Part shown: positions 58,571-64,000 of the stretch, one piece after another
Layout of the letters: every line of letters begins with the position of its first letter
Numbering within the stretch: position 1 is the first letter of the stretch
Assembly: GCA_947628735.1 (NCBI GenBank)
Contig: CANRAY010000001.1
Span: 10,391-74,390 of the forward strand
DNA length: 64,000 nt
Origin: an uncultured Clostridia bacterium
GTDB lineage: Bacteria > Bacillota > Clostridia > TANB77 > CAG-508
Reading direction: 5' to 3'
Translations under genes and position numbers: made by a program
Notes under the pieces: model-generated
Told to the model about the DNA's origin: nothing
Seen by the model: only the letters and a program-made list of their open reading frames with translations
Databases searched by the model: none

Positions 58571-58750
58571 AATCTTACCTCTTCTTGTTAATTAATATAA
58601 TAAATATTATTATATATATATTAATTAGCTTTTAGAAAACCGTCAATTACTTGTATACGTGTATTTTGGCCCATTTTTCTTTCCAATTTACGGAAAATAA
58701 TCGTTTCTACATTATTAAGAATTATTGACATTTTTGTTATATTTTAGACA
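58571..58750 (-). promoter_or_regulatory. Conserved 5' regulatory module of P3, including a SigA-type promoter (-35 TTGACG at 58641-58646, -10 TAATAT at 58618-58623)
   Basis: It has the same TTGACG-N17-TAATAT, RBS and upstream blocks as 1483-1660. It contains TACGGAAA at 58689-58696, and an inverted copy lies just upstream at 58781-58788. Confidence 0.55.
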
Positions 58751-58790
58751 CATTACATATGCGGAGAGCAATTCTTAAAATTTCCGTAAG

Positions 58791-58815
58791 AAAAAGAGTT
58801 CCAAACAGGAACCCT
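58791..58815 (-). terminator. Terminator after the 45-aa ORF (end of the two-component operon)
   Basis: The minus strand reads AGGGTTCC-TGTTT-GGAACTCT followed by TTTTCTT. Confidence 0.6.
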
Positions 58816-58827
58816 TGATTTTAATTT

Positions 58828-58965
58828 TTATTCTTCATTTTTTTCTTTCTTTTCTTCTTTTGGTTTGTCATCTTCTAATATGATATTATCTGGTAATTCC
58901 AAACCCATATCTTCTAAAATTTTAGCATATTCATCTTCTAACTTTCTATCTTTCATTAATCCCAT
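58828..58965 (-). CDS. Small acidic hypothetical protein, 45 aa (not in the ORF track)
   Basis: My translation is MGLMKDRKLEDEYAKILEDMGLELPDNIILEDDKPKEEKKEKNEE. AGGAG lies 8 nt upstream. No terminator separates it from the kinase gene, and its own terminator follows. Confidence 0.45.
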   Translation of the reverse strand: MGLMKDRKLEDEYAKILEDMGLELPDNIILEDDKPKEEKKEKNEE

Positions 58966-59026
58966 AATCTTCAACTCCTATATTTATATTATAGAGTGTA
59001 TGCTATAAAATATCAAGCTTAATATT

Positions 59027-61063
59027 CTATTTCATCTTTTCAAATTCAATTGTAATCTTAAACAAATCTCCATCCAAGTAAATATTAAACTTGCCACCCT
59101 GAAGTTCCGTTAAACTCGTAGCAATAGAAAGTCCTAAGCCGCTTCCTTCCGTATTTCTTGAAACATCTCCTCTAACAAATCTTTGCATTAACTCATCAGC
59201 CGTGATATTCAATTTTTCCTTTGAAATATTTTTTATTTGTATAATTACATCTTCACCCTGATCAATAATATCTGTATACACTCTTGTATTATCTAAAGCA
59301 TATTTAGATACATTTGAATACATATTTTCTAAAATACGATACATATATCGATTATCTGCATAAATATAAATTGGCTTTTCTGAAAAAGTAATAATTTCTT
59401 CTAAATGATTTACCTTAAACTTATCTTCAAACTCTCCTGAAACCTGCTTAATTAATTCATTAATCTCTAATTTTTCTTTATTTAGTTTAATATTACCTGA
59501 AGAAGCTTTTGATGCTTCAACTAAATCCTCTGTTAATTTTTTTAATCTCTGTGATTTATTATCTAGTATTGTTAAATATTCTTTTGCCTTTTCATTAGTA
59601 ATACCATCTCTTTTTAATAAATCAATATAATTAATAATAGATGTAAGAGGTGTTTTTATATCATGAGACACATTTGTAATTAATTCTGTTTTTAATCTTT
59701 CACTTTTTAACTGTTCTGCAACTGCATTTGAAAGTCCTCCAGCAATATCATTAATATAAATAGCAATTTGCTTCATCTCACCTTTAAATTTACTTGTATC
59801 TAAATGAATATCTGTATTTCCTTTATAAATCTCCTCTAAAGCTTTTTTTAATTTCTTAAAAGCTACTATACCTCTAATTATAGCAGAAAATGTTAGTACA
59901 TATAATATCATCAGGCAAATAGCCCCAATAACAGATCTTCTAAATAGAACATAGATAAGCCAATTTGCTATAATAAACCCAATAAATAATATAGAAACTC
60001 TCAAAGATACTTTTGTATTTTCCATCATTTCTTTAATTTGTTTATATATCCAATAAACAAATGTTGTTTCAATAAAAGTATGTGTTTTTAATCTCTTAAC
60101 AATTGTTTCTAAAAGTACAATATTAACCACATAAAACGTACCAAGACCCATACATAATGCAATTAACGCTATAATAATTTCATTATATACTCCAATAAAA
60201 CATAATATAAATGAAAACATAAAAAATGGTATTGATAATAAAATAACTATTTCCAGGCTCCATTTATCTAAAAAGTCTAAATGTATCCCTTCTTCTCTGC
60301 TAGTATGACCTATACCTAGCAAAATCACAAAAATCATAACGCAAAACAGAATTATAATAGTTGGTATAAGATAAATAGACCATTCTCTTAATGCTAAAGT
60401 CGTGTTATAAACCCAATAACGTGAAAAATAAGAATCATAATTTGGTACATCTTCTAACATACACGTATAGATTTCGTATTTGCCATCTTTCAAATATTCA
60501 CGATAAAATGAAGTGGTCGCATCCATATTTCCTTTTAGTTTATCTATTGATGTATCAACTTTTCCATTAACACATTTCCAATATAAAGAACTTGACAAAA
60601 TTTGAGATTTAATTGTTGAAACTTTATTATTAGCCACATTATCTTCTAAATTGGTATAAATTGCACCATTTTCATGATCGATAATTAAATAGTTAAAATT
60701 AGATTGAAACGCCATATAATAAATAGGCACTTCAGAATCATAATCTTCTTCACTAATCAAATGATATGAATGATAACCATACATTAATCTATCACCATAT
60801 AATTCTTCCCCATATTCTAGGGTTAAATCATAATAAACAGAATTAATTGATTCAATTTCATTAATAGCATTTTTTAGTGATGTCGAATATGAATCTGCAA
60901 AATCTACTGATTCGAAATAAGTTTCTCCTCTTCTCATAGAATCTGTACTACAAATCAAAGATATAATACAAGCCAATAACAAAACTAATAATATGGGAAT
61001 CATAAAATAAGACAAATTTTTAAATACACGTATCCAACAAATTTTCTTTTTTGTCTTTTCCAT
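59027..61063 (-). CDS. Sensor histidine kinase with a large N-terminal extracytoplasmic domain and a multi-TM block
   Basis: After one TM segment comes a ~190-aa extracellular region, then about 6 TM segments and a HAMP-like linker. The H-box is LITNVSHDIKTPLTSIINYIDLL and the HATPase domain contains EGSGLGLSIA. Confidence 0.88.
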   Translation of the reverse strand: MEKTKKKICWIRVFKNLSYFMIPILLVLLLACIISLICSTDSMRRGETYFESVDFADSYSTSLKNAINEIESINSVYYDLTLEYGEELYGDRLMYGYHSYHLISEEDYDSEVPIYYMAFQSNFNYLIIDHENGAIYTNLEDNVANNKVSTIKSQILSSSLYWKCVNGKVDTSIDKLKGNMDATTSFYREYLKDGKYEIYTCMLEDVPNYDSYFSRYWVYNTTLALREWSIYLIPTIIILFCVMIFVILLGIGHTSREEGIHLDFLDKWSLEIVILLSIPFFMFSFILCFIGVYNEIIIALIALCMGLGTFYVVNIVLLETIVKRLKTHTFIETTFVYWIYKQIKEMMENTKVSLRVSILFIGFIIANWLIYVLFRRSVIGAICLMILYVLTFSAIIRGIVAFKKLKKALEEIYKGNTDIHLDTSKFKGEMKQIAIYINDIAGGLSNAVAEQLKSERLKTELITNVSHDIKTPLTSIINYIDLLKRDGITNEKAKEYLTILDNKSQRLKKLTEDLVEASKASSGNIKLNKEKLEINELIKQVSGEFEDKFKVNHLEEIITFSEKPIYIYADNRYMYRILENMYSNVSKYALDNTRVYTDIIDQGEDVIIQIKNISKEKLNITADELMQRFVRGDVSRNTEGSGLGLSIATSLTELQGGKFNIYLDGDLFKITIEFEKMK

Positions 61064-61089
61064 TTCCTTCTCCTTTTAAATAGTTATTT

Positions 61090-61791
61090 TTACTTCTCTA
61101 AATTTTCTATTTTATACCCTACACCCCAAATTACTTTTAAATATTTAGGTTCCCTAGGATTAATTTCTATCTTTTCACGAATATGACGAATATGCACAGC
61201 AATAATATTTTCCGCTCCATAACATTCTTCTTCCCAAACATTTTGATAAATCTGTTCAATAGAATAAACAATTCCTTTGTTTTTTGTTAGAAACTTTAAA
61301 ATATTATATTCTGTAGGTGTCAATTTTACATTTTTTCCTTCTACAATTACTTCTTTTGTTATATCATTTATTTCTAACTGACCAGTCCTATAAATTTGTT
61401 CTTCTTCTTTCACCATAGATCCCAATGAAGTATATCTACGAATTTGTGAATTTACTCTAGCAATTAATTCCAAAGGATTAAAAGGTTTGGTAATATAATC
61501 ATCTGCTCCATTATTAAGTCCAGCTATTTTATCATAATCTTCTGATTTAGCAGATAACATAATAATTGGAATAGCTTTATCTTTACGAATTATATTAGCT
61601 ACACTAATTCCATCTAATTTTGGCATCATAACATCTAATAATACCAAATGAATATCTTTTACTTGATCTATTATTTCTAATGCTTCTTTTCCATCATAAG
61701 CTTTTAAAATATTATATCCTTCTTTAGAAAGATAAATTTCAATAGCTTTTACAATTTCCTTATCATCATCTACTACTAAAATATTATACAT
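61090..61791 (-). CDS. OmpR/PhoB-family response regulator
   Basis: It has a receiver domain (ILVVDDD ... LLDVMMP ... SAK) and a winged-helix output domain (LTPTEYNILKFL ... IWGVGYK). Confidence 0.9.
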   Translation of the reverse strand: MYNILVVDDDKEIVKAIEIYLSKEGYNILKAYDGKEALEIIDQVKDIHLVLLDVMMPKLDGISVANIIRKDKAIPIIMLSAKSEDYDKIAGLNNGADDYITKPFNPLELIARVNSQIRRYTSLGSMVKEEEQIYRTGQLEINDITKEVIVEGKNVKLTPTEYNILKFLTKNKGIVYSIEQIYQNVWEEECYGAENIIAVHIRHIREKIEINPREPKYLKVIWGVGYKIENLEK

Positions 61792-61905
61792 CTTAAACTC
61801 CCCTTATTTACTAGGCTTTATTATAACATAAAAAAACCCTTTTTTCTATCATAACTATAACACATAATTATTAAGAAAAAAGGTAGTAAATTATTAATTT
61901 TTTCT

Positions 61906-61938
61906 TAAAAAAAGATAGTCTAATTTAATAGACTATCT
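61906..61938 (-). terminator. Terminator of the AI-2E gene, overlapping its last codons and stop
   Basis: The minus strand reads AGATAGTCTA-TTAAAT-TAGACTATCT followed by TTTTTTT. The TAG stop lies inside the loop and 3' arm. Confidence 0.7.
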
Positions 61939-63062
61939 CCACCTTTTAATCTAATTTTATACTCTACATACTCTGTCACAATTAATTTCAAAATAGCTGC
62001 AATTGGAACTGCTAAGAACATACCCCAAACGCCGAAATATGCTCCTCCGATAGTAACTCCAAAGATAACTAATAGTGGACTAATTTTTAATGATGTACCA
62101 ATAATTTTTGGATTAATAATATTAGCATCAATTTGTTGTAAAATAATAACAACAATTAGCATGGCAATTGCTTGACCTAATCCTCCTGTTAAAAGAGTAA
62201 TTAATGCTGCTATTGTTACTGCAATAATAGCTCCAAAATATGGAATCATATTAAATAATCCTATCATAAAGCCTAATAACACTGCATATTTAACCCCTAA
62301 AATTGACATTCCTATTGATGTAAGAATACCTACAACAATACCATCTATAAATTGACCTGCAATAAAATTAAAGAAAATAGAATTACTTCGATCAAAATAT
62401 TTTCCTAAATGTTTATAGCTTTTCTCTTTTAACACTGCTCTTGCCAATCTCTTAAAGAATTCCAAAATCTCTCTTCTTTGAAGTAATAAATAAACAGAAA
62501 CAATAACTGCAACAAAGAAATCGAAAATTTTTGTAGCAAAACTAATAGCTCCTTTCGCATAATCTGCAATTTTTTCTAAGTTAATATATTGTTTAAAATC
62601 AATATTTTGAATATTATTAATAATCTCTAAAATAGCTTCATTTTTTAATATAGAATCATCTGGTAAACTAGCATATCCATTTATAGTGTCATTATAGTAT
62701 CCCTGAAAATTATTAACTAAATCTATAATACTATTAGATATTACTGGTATTAAAAATGTAAAAGAAATAACAATAAGAACTAACAAAATAGTATATACAG
62801 TAAAAACAGATAATCCTCTTGCTCTTTTTTGAATAAATTTAACCTTTATTTTTTGATAAAGATTCTCTATTTTTCTACATGGTATGTATAACAAATAAGC
62901 AATTAAGATTCCAATTAAGAATGGCATCAAAACATCTAATAATTCTTTAATCCAATTTCCTATATCCTGAAAATTATCTAATGTTTTGTAAACTACTATA
63001 ACTGCTACTGCAAATAAAAACCAATATAACCATTTTGTTATTGTTTTTTTCTTTCCTTCCAT
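61920..63062 (-). CDS. AI-2E family transporter (UPF0118/PerM-like permease)
   Basis: 380 aa with about 8 TM segments. The C-terminal pattern (PYFGAIIA ... NIINPKIIG ... SPLLVIFG ... GMFLAVPIAA) is typical of the family. Confidence 0.85.
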   Translation of the reverse strand: MEGKKKTITKWLYWFLFAVAVIVVYKTLDNFQDIGNWIKELLDVLMPFLIGILIAYLLYIPCRKIENLYQKIKVKFIQKRARGLSVFTVYTILLVLIVISFTFLIPVISNSIIDLVNNFQGYYNDTINGYASLPDDSILKNEAILEIINNIQNIDFKQYINLEKIADYAKGAISFATKIFDFFVAVIVSVYLLLQRREILEFFKRLARAVLKEKSYKHLGKYFDRSNSIFFNFIAGQFIDGIVVGILTSIGMSILGVKYAVLLGFMIGLFNMIPYFGAIIAVTIAALITLLTGGLGQAIAMLIVVIILQQIDANIINPKIIGTSLKISPLLVIFGVTIGGAYFGVWGMFLAVPIAAILKLIVTEYVEYKIRLKGGDSLLN

Positions 63063-63075
63063 TTTTGTACTCCTT

Positions 63076-63837
63076 TTATATTTCTAATCCTACTGGACAA
63101 TGATCACTACCCATAATTTCTGAAAAAATATAACTTTCTTTAATTTTTTCTTCTATCGATTTAGATACAATAAAATAATCAATTCTCCATCCTACATTCT
63201 TTTCTCTTGCATGAAACATATATGACCACCATGAATAGCAATTTTCTTTATTAGGATATAAATAACGAAAACTATCTGTAAATCCTGACGTTAATAATTC
63301 GGTCATTTTACCTCTTTCTTCATCTGTAAAGCCTGCATTTCTATGATTTGTTTTAGGATTTTTTAAATCAATTTCTTGATGAGCTACATTTAGATCCCCA
63401 CATAAAACAACAGGTTTTTTTTGATTCAATTTTAATAAATATTCCCTAAATGCATCTTCCCATATCATTCTATAATCTAGTCTTTCTAATTCTCTCTTTG
63501 AATTAGGGGTATAACAATTTACTAAATAAAAATCATCAAATTCTAAAGTAATAACCCTGCCTTCTTTATCATGTTCTTCTATACCAATGCCATAGTGAAC
63601 AGAAATTGGTTCTTGTTTTGTAAAAACTGCTGTACCTGAATATCCTTTTTTCTCAGCACTATTCCAATATGTATGATATCCTTTAAAAATATCCATAATT
63701 TGTTCATCTATTTGATCTTCTTGCATTTTTGTTTCTTGTATACAAAATATATCCGCATTTTGCTGTTCAAAAAAATTTTTAAATCCTTTATTAATAACCG
63801 CTCTTAAACCATTAACATTCCATGAAATTAACTTCAT
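63076..63837 (-). CDS. xth: Exodeoxyribonuclease III
   Basis: It has MKLISWNVNGLRA, CIQETK, GDLNVAH and SDHCPV, which are EEP-fold ExoIII signatures. Confidence 0.95.
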   Translation of the reverse strand: MKLISWNVNGLRAVINKGFKNFFEQQNADIFCIQETKMQEDQIDEQIMDIFKGYHTYWNSAEKKGYSGTAVFTKQEPISVHYGIGIEEHDKEGRVITLEFDDFYLVNCYTPNSKRELERLDYRMIWEDAFREYLLKLNQKKPVVLCGDLNVAHQEIDLKNPKTNHRNAGFTDEERGKMTELLTSGFTDSFRYLYPNKENCYSWWSYMFHAREKNVGWRIDYFIVSKSIEEKIKESYIFSEIMGSDHCPVGLEI

Positions 63838-63870
63838 TTTATTTCTCCCTATTTTTCACCTATTATATAA

Positions 63871-63901
63871 CAAAAATGGCCCAAAATCAATTTTGAGCCA
63901 T
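63871..63901 (-). terminator. Terminator of the partial gene at the right edge
   Basis: The minus strand reads ATGGCTCAAAA-TTGA-TTTTGGGCCAT followed by TTTTTG. Confidence 0.7.
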
Positions 63902-63917
63902 TTCTATGCTTTTATTC

Positions 63918-64000
63918 TTAAAAAATATATACATAACATTCAAGATCACGTCTACCAAATTGTAATGCTTCACTATGTGTATTCATAAAGATGTCTAATT
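63918..64000 (-). CDS. 3' end of an unidentified gene that extends beyond the right edge
   Basis: An open minus-strand frame, LDIFMNTHSEALQFGRRDLECYVYIF, ends at a TAA (63918-63920) and a terminator follows. It is too short to name. Confidence 0.4.
   Translation of the reverse strand, partial: LDIFMNTHSEALQFGRRDLECYVYIF

Noticed and set aside
39807-58595. About 25 short ORFs from the track inside P2 and P3, on both strands (for example 40207-40395, 45513-45710, 48541-49068, 51819-52214, 57031-57234, 58236-58595)
   Set aside because: All are nested within the two giant reading frames. They are low-complexity and lack RBSs, while the long frames carry coherent domain architecture from end to end.
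58711-58745. Plus-strand extended -10-like element (TTAAGA-N17-TATATT with TGT upstream) inside the conserved module, considered as a divergent promoter
   Set aside because: In P1 and P3 no plus-strand gene lies downstream; it would read straight into terminators of minus-strand genes. Conservation is better explained as part of the minus-strand regulatory module. An antisense RNA is not excluded.
1-64000. Search for rRNA or tRNA genes, CRISPR-Cas, intact IS elements or prophage, restriction-modification or other known defence loci
   Set aside because: No GC-rich cloverleaf-like or rRNA-like segments are present. No integrase, transposase, cas or methylase-like ORFs are present apart from the decayed Rpn remnant. 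All long ORFs are accounted for by the features listed.

Overview
This is a very AT-rich chromosomal segment from a low-GC Gram-positive bacterium, by inference a Firmicute resembling Clostridia or Erysipelotrichia. About 33 of 39 genes lie on the minus strand. Most of the window is housekeeping: smc, an mtaD-like deaminase, dusB, rodA, minDE, cca, lepB, holB, yaaT/ricT, a clostridial ferredoxin, a four-subunit 2-oxoacid:ferredoxin oxidoreductase, a WalRK/PhoPR-like two-component system, ftsH, tilS, dnaB, rplI, gdpP, rpoC, rpoB, an AI-2E permease and xth. I saw no rRNA, tRNA, CRISPR array, intact IS element or prophage. The main finding is a family of three paralogous giant surface-protein genes. 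P1 (1-1482) is partial and missing from the ORF track, P2 encodes 2609-2611 aa and P3 encodes 3561 aa. All three share a roughly 950-aa N-terminal region that I cannot assign to any family. Downstream come SpaA-like, DUF11, isopeptide-type, Cna-B and MucBP modules, and a C-terminal anchor with a non-canonical SVKTG motif. P1 and P3 also share a conserved 5' regulatory module of about 180 bp. P3 sits next to a second OmpR-type two-component system and an unlisted 45-aa acidic ORF. Other points worth a second look:
- Structured non-coding spacers upstream of rpoB and between rpoB and rpoC.
- The 8-mer TACGGAAA, which I found seven times and only in non-coding DNA.
- A MinE with a KE-rich tail of about 135 aa at a locus that lacks minC.
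- A MazF/EndoA toxin with no room for an antitoxin gene.
- A decayed Rpn/PD-(D/E)XK gene remnant.
All calls come from reading the sequence and the translations by eye. No database search was run.
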